A stretch of DNA of 64,000 nucleotides from an uncultured Methanosarcinaceae archaeon (GCA_963847185.1 CAWJYV010000004.1:96001-160000), one strand, 5' to 3'; positions 22,227 to 35,134 are shown, counted from the stretch's first letter. Translations and numbers: made by a program. Notes: generated from the sequence alone by a model not told the origin.

Positions 22227-23205
22227 CGGCTCTTTGTCTGGAATTTGGATTGGGCTTAATCTCCTGTTCAGGTCCGGGTTTAGGCTTAGAATCTTCAGGT
22301 TCAGGCTGATCAGGTTTTAGTTTAGATTCCTTAAGTTTAGATTGATCAGGCTTAGGCTTAGAATCTTCAGATTCAGGTTGATCAGGTTTTGATTTGGACT
22401 TTTCAGGCTCAGGTTCAGACTCAGACCTGGTTTTGATTTCGGATTTGGACTTCTCTTTTAGAAGTTCGTCAATGCTTCTTTCAAGCGAAGATAGATAGTC
22501 TGCAATACTCCATGCTATCTTTTGTCCATCTGCGGTCAACTCAATGCCACTGACCAGTTCCGGATCTGTCTTGAAATCGGCTTGAGTTTCCATACCAAGA
22601 GTTTCCTTAATTGTCTCTTTAATCAGGTCACGCTGTTTCTGGGAAAGGGCAAATGCGGTGCGGATTAATACATGCCTGGGTGATATCTTAAATGCTGAGA
22701 CCAGTTGCTCCTTTTCCTCACCTTTTAGTTCATGCAACCTTTGAACAAACACATCAACCATGCGATCTTCCAAATTTGTTCCAGCCAGATCTTTCAGTAC
22801 TTTTCGCGTTATAGCTAAGACTTCCTGCTCAGTCCGACGGCTAATTTCCCGATTTAAGTTCTGGATTTCATTTCTCAATGCCTCTTGATGTTTTGAACTC
22901 AAATCTGAGGCCTCTTTCCGCACTTCTTCAAGAAGCCTATGGCGTTCGGCTTTCACCTCATCCTTTGCCTTGCTCAGGAGCGCAGCACGCTGCTGGTCAA
23001 ACTCTTCGTTCTTATGCTTGAATTCTTCTTTCTCTTTTTTCGCTTCTGCCTCTTTCGAAGCGGCATTTGCAAGCTCAGCTACGACCTTATTTTCACGGGC
23101 GTCGATGGCATTGAGAATGGGTTTGTAAAGGAAGCGCTTTAACAGCCATACCAGAATGAGGAAGTTAAGCACCTGCGCAATAACAGTGAACCAATCGATC
23201 AGCAT
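22210..23205 (-). CDS. atpF: N-ATPase b subunit fused to a delta-like domain, with P/K/E/S-rich repeat tail
   Basis: [29 protein letters not shown]; ELVSGIEL...[10 protein letters not shown]. Confidence 0.92.
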   Translation of the reverse strand: MLIDWFTVIAQVLNFLILVWLLKRFLYKPILNAIDARENKVVAELANAASKEAEAKKEKEEFKHKNEEFDQQRAALLSKAKDEVKAERHRLLEEVRKEASDLSSKHQEALRNEIQNLNREISRRTEQEVLAITRKVLKDLAGTNLEDRMVDVFVQRLHELKGEEKEQLVSAFKISPRHVLIRTAFALSQKQRDLIKETIKETLGMETQADFKTDPELVSGIELTADGQKIAWSIADYLSSLERSIDELLKEKSKSEIKTRSESEPEPEKSKSKPDQPESEDSKPKPDQSKLKESKLKPDQPEPEDSKPKPGPEQEIKPNPNSRQRADEHGA

Positions 23206-23222
23206 AGGTTTCGTCCCTTGGT

Positions 23223-23492
23223 TTAGGAAATTGCCTGGTTCCAGAACGGATTGGCGAATATCAGGATCATAGAAACCACAAAACAATAGATGGCCAGAGA
23301 CTCAATCATAGCCAGTCCCACGAATAAAGTTCTGGTAATAGTTGCGGAAGCGTCGGGTTGCTGTGCCAGTGAACTCAATGCCGTTGCTACCGAACGCCCT
23401 TCACCAATTGCGGGTGCGATAACTCCAATGGCGATCGTAATTCCTGAGGTGGCGATTGATGCCACCGCAATTGTAGTCGAAAAAGTATCCAT
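23223..23492 (-). CDS. atpE: N-ATPase c subunit
   Basis: PAIGEG...AQQPD...GLAMIESLAIY; two TM helices, ending NPFW. Confidence 0.95.
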   Translation of the reverse strand: MDTFSTTIAVASIATSGITIAIGVIAPAIGEGRSVATALSSLAQQPDASATITRTLFVGLAMIESLAIYCFVVSMILIFANPFWNQAIS

Positions 23493-23521
23493 AGTTCCCC
23501 CTTCAGTTATCTATTCAATTC

Positions 23522-24211
23522 TTATTCTCCGGTTTCAGGCTTTGGTTTGTGGGTGCGCGTAGCAGCAGCAATGTAAACCGTAGCCAGGATGCTGAAGATG
23601 TAGGCCTGTACCATGCCGGTAAGCAGACCAAGAGCAGTCATAATTACTGGAAAGATAAAGGGCATTACTGTCAGTAGAATGGCAACTATCATGGACCCGC
23701 TCATAATATTGCCAAAAAGACGGATTGCCAGAGCTAGCGTGCGGGAAATTTCGCTGATTATATTAAACGGCAGCATGATGATGGTTGGCTCTGTGTATGA
23801 CTTGAGGTAACTGCCAATCCCTTGCTTTTCTGTACCGAAAATAGGTACAGCTGCAAAAACACATAGCGCGAGAGCAGCCGTGGTTGAGAGAGAACCTGTT
23901 GGAGGTTCATAGCCCGGAATGATAATGCAGAGATTGGCTATGGCAATAAACAGAAAGAGTGTACCCAGGAATCCCAGGTACTTTTTTGGTTGATCCAGGC
24001 CAACATCTTCAATTTGTTTCAAGATAGTTGTAACAACAATTTCCAGAATATTCTGCCAGCGAGAACGACTCAAACCTGTGGAAAGTTTACCTGTGATAAC
24101 CTTTGAGCCGACTACCATTACCAGCATTAATCCCCAGGTATACACAATCGTGGCATTAAGTTTGATAAAACCGTACTGCCAGAAAATCAGCTCATCAGGA
24201 CTAAGATGCAT
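23522..24211 (-). CDS. atpB: N-ATPase a subunit
   Basis: PPTGSLSTT, SRTLALAIRLFGN, QAYIF. Confidence 0.95.
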   Translation of the reverse strand: MHLSPDELIFWQYGFIKLNATIVYTWGLMLVMVVGSKVITGKLSTGLSRSRWQNILEIVVTTILKQIEDVGLDQPKKYLGFLGTLFLFIAIANLCIIIPGYEPPTGSLSTTAALALCVFAAVPIFGTEKQGIGSYLKSYTEPTIIMLPFNIISEISRTLALAIRLFGNIMSGSMIVAILLTVMPFIFPVIMTALGLLTGMVQAYIFSILATVYIAAATRTHKPKPETGE

Positions 24212-24515
24212 TACTTGCCTCCTTTGTCAACTGGTTTGATTCTTCCTCCGGTAATCTGGTAAGTCTAATCACTACCTGGCGCATAATAAAAAAACCAAAA
24301 ATGCATATAAGAAGCCTCTCCAAATGCCCTCCCGAGACAAAGTAAAATCCAGCTACAGCAGTACTGGTCCGCAGCAGCAGACTGCCAAGGAACCAGAGTG
24401 CAGGTCTTCTGGATGAAAGTCCCCTCTGAACCGTCCACCAGAGGCCGCCAAAAAAAACAGCTCCAAGCAAAAAGCCCACTAACAGGGCAGAAATAAGACT
24501 TAAAGCTTCATTCAT
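24201..24515 (-). CDS. atpR: N-ATPase AtpR subunit
   Basis: FFGGLWWTV...SLLLR; lies between atpQ and atpB. Confidence 0.85.
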   Translation of the reverse strand: MNEALSLISALLVGFLLGAVFFGGLWWTVQRGLSSRRPALWFLGSLLLRTSTAVAGFYFVSGGHLERLLICIFGFFIMRQVVIRLTRLPEEESNQLTKEASNAS

Positions 24516-24838
24516 TGCTATCCTCCTGGTTCTTTTGAATTTCCTTATGCTCCTTATTCACCCAGTGCCATGCATTCAAGCAGCCGATAAACAGACCAAT
24601 TATCAGCATAGTGAGCGTCCATGAATAGCTTACTGGATAATGCTCGTCTAGCCAGAGACCAAGGGCTGCACCAAGTAGAGTTGGAACTGCTACCGACCAG
24701 CCAATAAGCCCCATCATACCCAGGCCAAGCCAGACTGTCCGATTAACATTGCGTTGAGCTCTGAGTTTACGTTCAGCCTTAGTCCCAACCTGACGGGCTA
24801 AGGTCGGTTCGTCCTCTGATTTTGTATATGTCTGTCTA

Positions 24839-24846
<8 letters not shown>
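24508..24846 (-). CDS. atpQ: N-ATPase AtpQ (AtpZ/AtpI-like)
   Basis: GMMGLIGWSVAVPTLLG...GCLNAWHW. Confidence 0.85.
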
Positions 24847-26760
<1,914 letters not shown>

Positions 26761-27273
26761 TCATGTGTTCAGTCCGGTACCTGGAAAAAACACTGATCTG
26801 CAACGTAAAAGAGAAAACAGGTAGTTTGACTTTCGAATAATACTGGGATTCCTGAAATTATCGATTTCAAGAGATATCATTGGCAAATAAATTTTTCAAT
26901 ATAGTAAAAACCGTTTTTAGTAAAAGCCACCCATTAATTTCCACCCATTAATTTGCTTTCTCTTTCCCCGTGAAGAAATGTATCATTAAAGTATATTAAT
27001 CTGATTTTATAATTATTTTTTCTCAATAAGGCAAAGAACAGAAATCTTGAACAGAGGACAGAAAGCAAAGATTTTATGCCAGCAATTGTGTAGAAGGTTT
27101 CTTCAAATAGACAAATAAACCTCAAAATAAACGATATCTGAAAAAAAAGGCTAGAAATCCTGCAAGTGTCTTTTATCTACCCTGGAATCAAAACTTTTTC
27201 ATCATGGAGATATGCTCTATACCAGCTTCAAAGAAAAATTCGCCGAAGGATATCCTGAATTTGGTTACCGAGA

Positions 27274-27310
27274 GTTTCAATCCTTGTTTTAGTGGATCAT
27301 GCTCGCGAAT
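27274..27310 (-). CRISPR. solitary 37-bp CRISPR repeat
   Basis: + strand GTTTCAATCCTTGTTTTAGTGGATCATGCTCGCGAAT; the reverse complement ends in the ATTGAAAC handle; 35/37 identical to 31876-31912. Confidence 0.8.
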
Positions 27311-27686
27311 ATCCAGGATAGAGATGGAGTCAAACTTGTTATGGAACATGTTAAAAAGACATTTTCTCGATTACAGCTTATATGGGCTGATGCAGGTTTT
27401 TCTGGTCAACTGATTGATTGGGCAAGTTCAGTTTGTGGTTGGGTACTCGAAATAGTTAAGCGCAGAGAAGTTTCAAAGATTTTCAAGTACTTCCTCACCG
27501 ATGGATAGTAGGGCGTACATTTTGATGGTTGGGTTAGATATCGACGTTTAAGTAAAGATTACGGGGGATTGACAGAATCAAGTCAACCATTAATATACGC
27601 TGCGATGATGCATTTAATGGTTAAAAGACCAGGTCAAATAAAAAAATTAAGACAATGGTAACAGAATATTAAGACACGCTCTTAGA
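27305..27686 (+). mobile_element. IS5-family (IS1031-like) transposase 3' remnant
   Basis: ANIQDRDG, IWADAGF, EIVKR, then a frameshifted RW/RTF...YRRLSKDY region. Confidence 0.75.
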
Positions 27687-28182
27687 AATAGATAATAAGA
27701 AAGATTGGGCGGATTAATCATCATGTTTAAAACAACAAACATATCCTCAATTGTTAAAAGTGTAGAGATTTTATGCTTGCGGGTTGCAATAATTGACTTT
27801 CCAAAAAACTACAGATCTTTAGTTATTCTCCGGCGCCAAAAGATGTTCCTAATAAATATAAAAAAGGTATAGGACTCACGCAGTTGAACTGAATAACCAA
27901 CAACTTATCGTTTTCTTGACTTCGATATACTCGACTGCGTGCTGGCTGCACTATCCAAGTCAGGAAAAATAGTTGTCTCAAGTCAATCAAGTTATTCCGA
28001 TTATTTATATCCATATAAATATTTAAATAAAAGATATACTAATGGTCTATTATCAATTCTGGGTACTCTGTAAGGGATGTACATTTATCTAGATTCAACA
28101 GCTAAACGGAAAAAGTACTAATCCCCCTGCAGAGTACACAGAACCCTGTACGTCACTCAGATAAAGATTACATACCAGAGGA

Positions 28183-28659
28183 ATGTTTTTGGCATTGGCA
28201 AAGTCCCCATGGATTATACATGTGAATTGCAACAGTTGTAATGGCTGTGATATTGAAGTAATAGCTTGTCTTACTCCTTTATATGATGCAGAAAGATTTG
28301 GTGTTTTAAACGTCGGTACTCCCAAGCAAGCCGATATAATGGTGGTTACAGGCGCGGTAAATTACAAAAATGTGAATGTACTTAAGAACATCTATAACCA
28401 GATTCCAGATCCTAAAGTTGTGTTAGCAGTAGGGGCCTGCGCATCAACCGGTGGGATTTTCCACGGTTGTTATAATGTAATTGGTGGAGTGGATCAGGTC
28501 ATACCCGTGGACGTATGTGTTCCAGGATGCTGTCCGAGGCCTGAAGCTATAATTGATGGCATAGTAGAAGCAGCCTCGGTACTTGAAAATAAGAAGAAAG
28601 AGAATATAAAAGGGAAAGAAATACCATTTAAAGGAAAGGAGGTGCCATCCAATATTTGA
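28183..28659 (+). CDS. echC: Ech-type [NiFe]-hydrogenase small subunit (orphan)
   Basis: KSPW..CNSCNGCDIE, DAERFG, VGACASTGG, VPGCCPRPEA. Confidence 0.85.
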   Translation: MFLALAKSPWIIHVNCNSCNGCDIEVIACLTPLYDAERFGVLNVGTPKQADIMVVTGAVNYKNVNVLKNIYNQIPDPKVVLAVGACASTGGIFHGCYNVIGGVDQVIPVDVCVPGCCPRPEAIIDGIVEAASVLENKKKENIKGKEIPFKGKEVPSNI

Positions 28660-28730
28660 GTAAACAGGAAAAAATAGATGTAGACATTATTGCGGCGCCA
28701 TTCTAGGTATCACAATCATCTTATTGCCAA

Positions 28731-29300
28731 CTAAAATATAACGTCTTTTGGGTCAAAATGTTCTGGGTCAAAATCTTCCCCTAGCCATTCTACGGTATCT
28801 TCATACTCCTCATGTTCAGGATCTTTCAGGATTTCCAAGAGATCCCCATAGCCTCCAACTCCTCCACTGTCCTCAGGAACAGATGCTCGTTTTCCAGCAA
28901 TACAGACTGGATATTCCAATCCAGCTTGTTTTGGAAGGATCTTTTCAAACTGAATTTTTACTTGCCAGTTATCCCCAAAATCATATGTGTATAGAGCAAC
29001 CTTATTTTCCAGGGTAAAATAATCAGAGATTTTAGCTTTCTTCTCTGGTACAAGCGCTCCTTCACCAAAATCTTCGTAATCGTCACTTTCCGTCCCTATT
29101 CTTTCAAAATTCTCAGTCTTTGGGTTTAGCATTTCAAACTCATGCAGATGATAATCTTCCCAATTCATTGCAGCCTGAATAGCATGATTAAGGTCTAGGA
29201 AGGTATAATTTTCTGGTACTTGGATTCTCCTCCATATTTGAGGGGTAATGTCCTTCATGGCAAGCTTGAACTGATAAACGTTCTCGAAATTTATTTTCAT
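28731..29300 (-). CDS. plasmid pRiA4b ORF-3 family protein
   Basis: IWRRIQVP, WEDYHLHEF, YDFGDNW, PEDSGGVGGY. Confidence 0.9.
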   Translation of the reverse strand: MKINFENVYQFKLAMKDITPQIWRRIQVPENYTFLDLNHAIQAAMNWEDYHLHEFEMLNPKTENFERIGTESDDYEDFGEGALVPEKKAKISDYFTLENKVALYTYDFGDNWQVKIQFEKILPKQAGLEYPVCIAGKRASVPEDSGGVGGYGDLLEILKDPEHEEYEDTVEWLGEDFDPEHFDPKDVIF

Positions 29301-29384
29301 CAATACTTCACCTAAGCACATATATTTTGATACCTTATTTTAGATTTTGGAGTATTTTATGTAAGAATTGTCAACGCCGATTTA

Positions 29385-29515
29385 GAGCCTATCCGAAAAG
29401 TCAGTAATGCATGTTGAAAAGTTACAATAAGTCTATAATTTCAGAGTCTCCGTTCCGGTTTTGCATATTTCAGACTGTAAAAGTTATAGCAAGTAACCAC
29501 TCTTCGGATAGGCTC
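29385..29515. mobile_element. 131-bp MITE
   Basis: TIR GAGCCTATCCGAA...TTCGGATAGGCTC with TTA on both sides (TSD). Confidence 0.85.
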
Positions 29516-30049
29516 TTAATTACGTTGTGCAGGAAAATCCAGATATTGAATATGATAAGGAAGATAAGCCAGCTGCCAGGAATGAAGAGCAAGGCCAATA
29601 AATAGAGAAGATATGTAAATACTGTAATCAGCCTTTCTTAACTGACAGTCCTAAGAGAGAATACTGTTCTAGGAAATGCAATGATGTTCTTTTCAGGAGA
29701 AACAAGAAAGAAAGAGAATCCATTTTTGAGAAAATATTTAAAATGAAGAGATTTTGCAGGAAGCCACTCTCAAAGCTCCCTGCGAATCTGGGAATCAAGG
29801 TTTATCTTGCAATCTAACTACATCCTTCTTTTCTATAAAACTTAAAGAACAAATCCTCCTGATGAATATTTCAGAGTGAATAATTTAACAAACTCATTGA
29901 GTCAGAAGGCGATTAGGGCACCTGGAGAAAAAAAGCCGCAGTATCAATTTTTGTGATCATTCGCAGAAAAAAGAGAATTAGTAAATGTTATCGTGATGGT
30001 CGTAATCCTCGAGGGTTACAGTCTTTTCTTCCTTATCAATAGGAAAAAC

Positions 30050-30993
30050 TAAAAAAAATCCTTATTTGTTTTATTTTAGCAATTTTACTAATAGCAGTTT
30101 GTCATATTTGTTATGAAACCTATTATTTCCCAAAACCATCTCAAGATAAATTTACTGTTTTGATTTCTCCATTTAAGTTAGATAACTCCGACGTAGATTC
30201 TGACACTGCCAATGAAATAAAGAAAAAAATTGAAAACACCACAAATGGCAGTTACAAGCTAAAGTTTTAGATTCGTCTCCGACAACTAATGAGGACGAGG
30301 CTATTAGTAAGGGAAAAAAGATGATGCGCATATCGTTATATTCGGCGAACAGAGACGAAAAATGGATGTTGTTGATGAAACTGAGTTTCATGTAATTCCA
30401 GTTCAAACAAATCTTGACTCGCTGCCACCACAATCGATGATTTCAGATGTAACTGATAACTCAACGTTTAAAGCAAAATTTTGTCCTTACAGTGAGAAGA
30501 ATCCTATCTCAATCGTCGAATCTTTAACCGAAAACGTGTCTTCAACTTTATTTGCAGTTTATGCACTTGAAAACTATGAAAAATCTAATTTTGATTCTGC
30601 AATTGGCCTGTTTGAATCCATTGAAGATTTTGAAAGTAAAGACTCGGATTGTTCTATATAGGAAACTGTTATTATTCTAAGGGGGAGTTTAACAAGAGCT
30701 TGCAGTATTACAATAAATCAATTGAACTTGACTCTAACAGTTCAGATGCTTGGAATAACAAAGGAGAAGCTTTTGAGAATTTGGAGAATCACAAGGAAGC
30801 AATAAAGGCATATGATAAAGCGCTAGATATTGACCCTAACTATTCTGATGCTTGGTATAACAAAGGACTTACTCTTTATATTATGGGGAAGTACGAGGGA
30901 GCAATAAAGGCCTATGATAAAGTGCTTGAACTTAACCCTAAAGACTCAAAAGCATTGAGTTCCAAACAATTAGCTCTCAGTCAGTTGGATTGA
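30050..30993 (+). pseudogene. TPR-repeat membrane protein, frameshifted
   Basis: 30649-30993 has clear TPRs (AWNNKG...AYDKAL); upstream fragments are in other frames. Confidence 0.7.
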
Positions 30994-31092
30994 TGAATAG
31001 GATTCGAACCTTAATTGAAGAAAAAAATGCTTTTATGACTGCGATCGACAGGTTTAGCCTACTAGTGTGTAAGTCCCATATAGTATAATCAT

Positions 31093-31725
31093 TTGGAAAC
31101 ATCAGTATATGGAGATGGAAGCATGTTGGAAAGCAGAATTATAGCCGCACGGTCTGATGACAATTCTATAGAAAAGATTTGCTTTGAAGGCGATATGCTT
31201 TCGGACGTCGAGATCTCAAAGATAGAATTTGAATCGGTACAGTTTATAGAATGCCAGTTTAGCAAATGTAAATTTTCAAAAATCAGCTTTTACAATTCGG
31301 TGTTTGATAACTGTAATTTTGCGAATTGCAGTTTTATGGAAAGCTACTGGAAAGGCTCCAAACTGTTACAGTGCAAGGGTGATGGCAGCAACTTCAGCCA
31401 GAGCCACATGAAAGAAACATCTTTAGCAGGTAATTCCTTTCGATATGCAGATTTTTCAAGTTCTGTATTGGAGAACTGCACCATTTGTGACTGCAATTTC
31501 GCAGAAGCCTTATTATCCGAGATTCAGTTAAAGAAACCCATGCTGAAAGCGGTTAATTTCACAGGAGCGGATTTCTTTAAAGCCTTACTCAAAGACATTA
31601 ATTTATCGGATTGTATCATTGATGGGATCACAGTATCCGATACATGTAAAGAACTTAGAGGGGCTATAATCAATGCCGATCAAGCAGTAGAACTTGCGCG
31701 GATTCTGGGAATCAAAATTGTATGA
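31093..31725 (+). CDS. pentapeptide repeat protein
   Basis: Repeating xxxFx/AxFxx pentads; C-terminal LRGAII...LARILG. Confidence 0.85.
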   Translation: METSVYGDGSMLESRIIAARSDDNSIEKICFEGDMLSDVEISKIEFESVQFIECQFSKCKFSKISFYNSVFDNCNFANCSFMESYWKGSKLLQCKGDGSNFSQSHMKETSLAGNSFRYADFSSSVLENCTICDCNFAEALLSEIQLKKPMLKAVNFTGADFFKALLKDINLSDCIIDGITVSDTCKELRGAIINADQAVELARILGIKIV

Positions 31726-31875
31726 GGCATTGATAATCTCTTTCAACAATTGCTATTTCAAAACTCTCCAGTGCTGCCCCATATTATGCTGGTTTTGATT
31801 TCCTGCTTAAATGCTTGGCAAGCATATTGTTCTGGGTATTCTCGTAATATCCTTCGTCACAACACTGCTCAGCTT

Positions 31876-31955
31876 GTTTCAATCCTTGTTTTAGTGGATC
31901 GTGCTCGTGAATTAATGCAAGAAATGAAAATATAAACTGTTTAGTCGGTTTCAAT
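31876..31955 (-). CRISPR. mini CRISPR unit: 8-nt handle, 35-nt spacer, full 37-bp repeat
   Basis: Full repeat 31876-31912; GTTTCAAT recurs at 31948 after a 35-nt gap. Confidence 0.7.
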
Positions 31956-32071
31956 TCTGCTGCTTTTTCCCCTGCAAGAAGAAATTAAGAGAAAAAAATC
32001 TCAATGAAAGGAAGGGATCTAAAGGAACCTTCTTGAAGAAAGTTCAGAACATCAGGTAAAAGAACAATTAA

Positions 32072-32165
32072 CGGGCCCGCCGCGATTCGAACACGAGTCA
32101 ATGGGTCTCTTCGTAATAGAATTACTTCGAAGCCCATTAGGATATCCTGGCTACCCTACGAGCCC
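32072..32165 (-). tRNA. tRNA-Arg(TCG) with 20-nt intron at 37/38 (32107-32126)
   Basis: GGGCTCG...CGGGCCCG acceptor stem, TTCGAAT T-loop, canonical bulge-helix-bulge (CTTC/GAAG helix). Confidence 0.93.
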
Positions 32166-32647
32166 GCAGTGCAGCATAGTGATAGAAGCAATCCATATTA
32201 AAGGTTTCTCTCAAAATAAAGAGAAAGGAAAGGACAGAACCTGGAAAACTTCAGTACAAGGAATTTTGATAAACTGAATATACAGTCAGGTGAAATTTAA
32301 TTAACTGAAAATACAGCCAAATAAAGTTTAATTATTTGAGAATACAGGACAAATGATTAAAAAAATATATTAAGTTGAACAATATAGTAAATAATATAAA
32401 AAGTAAAAAATGTCGCGCCTGATTGTCTAATCAGGACCAGTGTTAAATTATAATATTAAACTATCAAGATTAAACAGCCTATATAAATCTACCAATAAAT
32501 ATCACGTTTATTTTAGGCCTGGACAGTTGCCGGCACTCGTGGAAATTTAGAAGTCGTTCTAACTATTTCAGACCTGGATTCTACTGAATCTTATACTTCA
32601 AAAATACAGATAAAAAACAAAAAGATATAAAAACGAAGGTATAATAA

Positions 32648-33370
32648 ATGAAGAGAGTTTCGACAGGCATAGAAGAGCTGGACAAAAAGTTGATTGGGGG
32701 TTACCCTGCAAATAAAGTGACCCTTATTACGGGTGTAGCAGGAAGTGGAAAAACAATCTTCGGACTCCATTTCATTTACAAAAACTGTCTTGAAGGCAGG
32801 AAATGTCTGATTATTGCAACTGAAGAAACTCCTGAAGATATCCTATATCAGGCAAAAATATTAGGGAAAGACCTCACTCCTTATTATGAGAGCAAAAGGC
32901 TAATCATAGAAAACATGTTTGAGCACCGCTCCGAACTAATGGAGCAGACAAGATACGGCTTTAAGCCCGAAAGTCCGGATATTGAAATCCCCAACCTTGT
33001 TAAATTAATAAATGAAGGAACTGAATGCCTTGTCATAGACAATATAGGAACTTTTGCTCTCAGAGTATCTACAAAAAAACTCAGAGACCAGTTTGACGGG
33101 TTAAATTACCTGGTAAGAAAAAAAGGCTGTACTGCTCTTTTGATCATGGACGAATCCGCACATGATATGACCCATCAACTTGCCGAATACTCGGTATACG
33201 GGTCTATCCGCCTGCTGGTAAAAGAAAACTCTTACCTTGGAAAAATGGAACGTTACCTGAGTATACCCAAGATGCGTAGCACGCCTATTTCTCCCGAAAT
33301 GTCTGTTTTTGAGATAACTTCCGAAGGAGTTAAGATTCATGAGTCAAGGGGCGAAAATATTGCTGAATAA
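32648..33370 (+). CDS. KaiC/RAD55-family single-domain ATPase
   Basis: RVSTGIEELD, GVAGSGKT, TEE, VIDN, KMRS. Confidence 0.88.
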   Translation: MKRVSTGIEELDKKLIGGYPANKVTLITGVAGSGKTIFGLHFIYKNCLEGRKCLIIATEETPEDILYQAKILGKDLTPYYESKRLIIENMFEHRSELMEQTRYGFKPESPDIEIPNLVKLINEGTECLVIDNIGTFALRVSTKKLRDQFDGLNYLVRKKGCTALLIMDESAHDMTHQLAEYSVYGSIRLLVKENSYLGKMERYLSIPKMRSTPISPEMSVFEITSEGVKIHESRGENIAE

Positions 33371-34217
33371 AAAAAATAAACTGAAAATCCTCATTGTAGA
33401 TGACATGCAGGAAAATATAGAACTTTTGAAAGAATACCTTTCAGCAGAGCCCTATTCTCTAATCACTGCCTGCAGCGGGGAAGAAGCTCTCCAGAAAACA
33501 AAAGAAGAAAAACCCGATCTTGTTCTTCTGGATATTCTTATACCTGACATGAGTGGCTATGATGTTTGCAAAAGTATCAAAAACGATCCTGAAACCCAGT
33601 TTATTCAGGTGCTGATGCTTACTGCTCTTACGGAACTTGAAGACAGGATCAGAGGGATCGAAGCCGGAGCTGATGATTTTCTAATAAAACCGATTAGAAA
33701 GCTGGAACTCAGCACCAGAGTAAAATCCCTGCTTCGGGTAAAATCCATGCATGACAGACTGGTAACTGACCGTAACAATCTTGAGATTAAAAACAGGATA
33801 CAGAGTATCCTTACGGCAATAATTCCCACTTTGCTCCAGTCTATTTCAAATGAAGAGAAGAAGATTGTCATTAACCAGATGACAGGTATGGTCGAAAAAA
33901 TGCTTCTTGACATGTACCATTTTGAGAATAGGAAAATGGACTTCGCTTACGCCGGGGAGGTTTGTGCCGAAATCATGAATCAGTTAGGTGGAAACTTTTC
34001 CTTTATGATAGGTGAAAATGAAAAATTCTGGATAATAAAAGGAGCAAAGTGCCCCTGGGGGGGAGAAGAAGCCCGCAAAAACCCGATTTTATGCACTCTG
34101 ACCCGAAAAATCTTTTCAAGTGTAACTCTCAAAGTGGACTCCGACTTCATTCTTGAGGCGCGCAAAACGATAGGTAATAAAAACGACTGCTGTGAGTTCC
34201 TTATTAAAATAGAATGA
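33339..34217 (+). CDS. response regulator (REC + methanogen output domain/V4R-like)
   Basis: ILIVDD, LLD, LTA, GADDFLIKP; C-terminal CPWG...LC...CCEF. Confidence 0.85.
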   Translation: MSQGAKILLNKKNKLKILIVDDMQENIELLKEYLSAEPYSLITACSGEEALQKTKEEKPDLVLLDILIPDMSGYDVCKSIKNDPETQFIQVLMLTALTELEDRIRGIEAGADDFLIKPIRKLELSTRVKSLLRVKSMHDRLVTDRNNLEIKNRIQSILTAIIPTLLQSISNEEKKIVINQMTGMVEKMLLDMYHFENRKMDFAYAGEVCAEIMNQLGGNFSFMIGENEKFWIIKGAKCPWGGEEARKNPILCTLTRKIFSSVTLKVDSDFILEARKTIGNKNDCCEFLIKIE

Positions 34218-34423
34218 TATTATTGGCCAGAAAAATGAAAGAGCGAAGAATAAGAAATTGAATTTATTCCCAGAGCCATCAAATAAATATACAGGTAAGG
34301 AGCTGGAGCAAAATTATACAGGTAAGGAAGCTGGAAAGGGTGTTTTTTCAGCTAATAAACTTTAAAGAATATATATTTAAAATAAGTAATTCACCAGCAG
34401 TCTATTTCATACCTATAATAAGT

Positions 34424-35134
34424 TTACTTCATAGCGCTAAGAATTCTCATCCCTTCTGATGTGATATCAAATAAAGAATATTTTACAGGGACAGCTTTGT
34501 TTCGCATTTTTTCGATATAGAGATACTGTTTAGTCTTCCCTGCGCTGAGATTCTCCTGCGACATGAGCCGGATCAACCCAAAAGCCATATAACCTGCAAG
34601 CCTGTGGGTCATTTCGTAAGAATCCTCATCCATAATAAAGAGGCTTGTACATCCATTTTTTTGAAGAATTATACTTATCGAGCTAAATTCATCCGCAAAT
34701 TCCCTTATATCGTAATTTATAGCCATTACACCAATATTATCAATGACTACAACATCAACTTCAGAAGATATTATGCTAAGATATTCTATTATATCCGCGT
34801 CCACGGAGCAGAGTCCTTTCCCAAATTTGGAAACGAATTTTATTTTATTCATTTTGTCTTCAAAAATATTTCTGATACTAAGCTGCCCACTCTCCAGAAA
34901 AGGTCTCAGGTCAAGGTTTAGACTTCCTGACTGGCTGAGGATATCCTCCGTAAGTTCCCTTGTAAGAATAAGTATGCATTTCTTGCCTTCCTGGCAGCTC
35001 CTGTGCAGGAAATGCAGCCCCATAATGGTTTTTCCGGAGCCAGTAGGACCTGTGACCAGAATACCTTTTCCTTTAGGATATCCCCCATCCATAAGTGAGT
35101 CAAGCCCTTCGATTCCCGTAGATAAACTCTCCAT
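34424..35134 (-). CDS. KaiC/RAD55-family single-domain ATPase
   Basis: LSTGIEGLD, GPTGSGKT, VIDN, KMRN. Confidence 0.88.
   Translation of the reverse strand: MESLSTGIEGLDSLMDGGYPKGKGILVTGPTGSGKTIMGLHFLHRSCQEGKKCILILTRELTEDILSQSGSLNLDLRPFLESGQLSIRNIFEDKMNKIKFVSKFGKGLCSVDADIIEYLSIISSEVDVVVIDNIGVMAINYDIREFADEFSSISIILQKNGCTSLFIMDEDSYEMTHRLAGYMAFGLIRLMSQENLSAGKTKQYLYIEKMRNKAVPVKYSLFDITSEGMRILSAMK

Noticed and set aside
30998-31012. GGATTCGAACC as an att-site copy of a tRNA
   Set aside because: Too short, and it does not match the T-arm of either tRNA in the window
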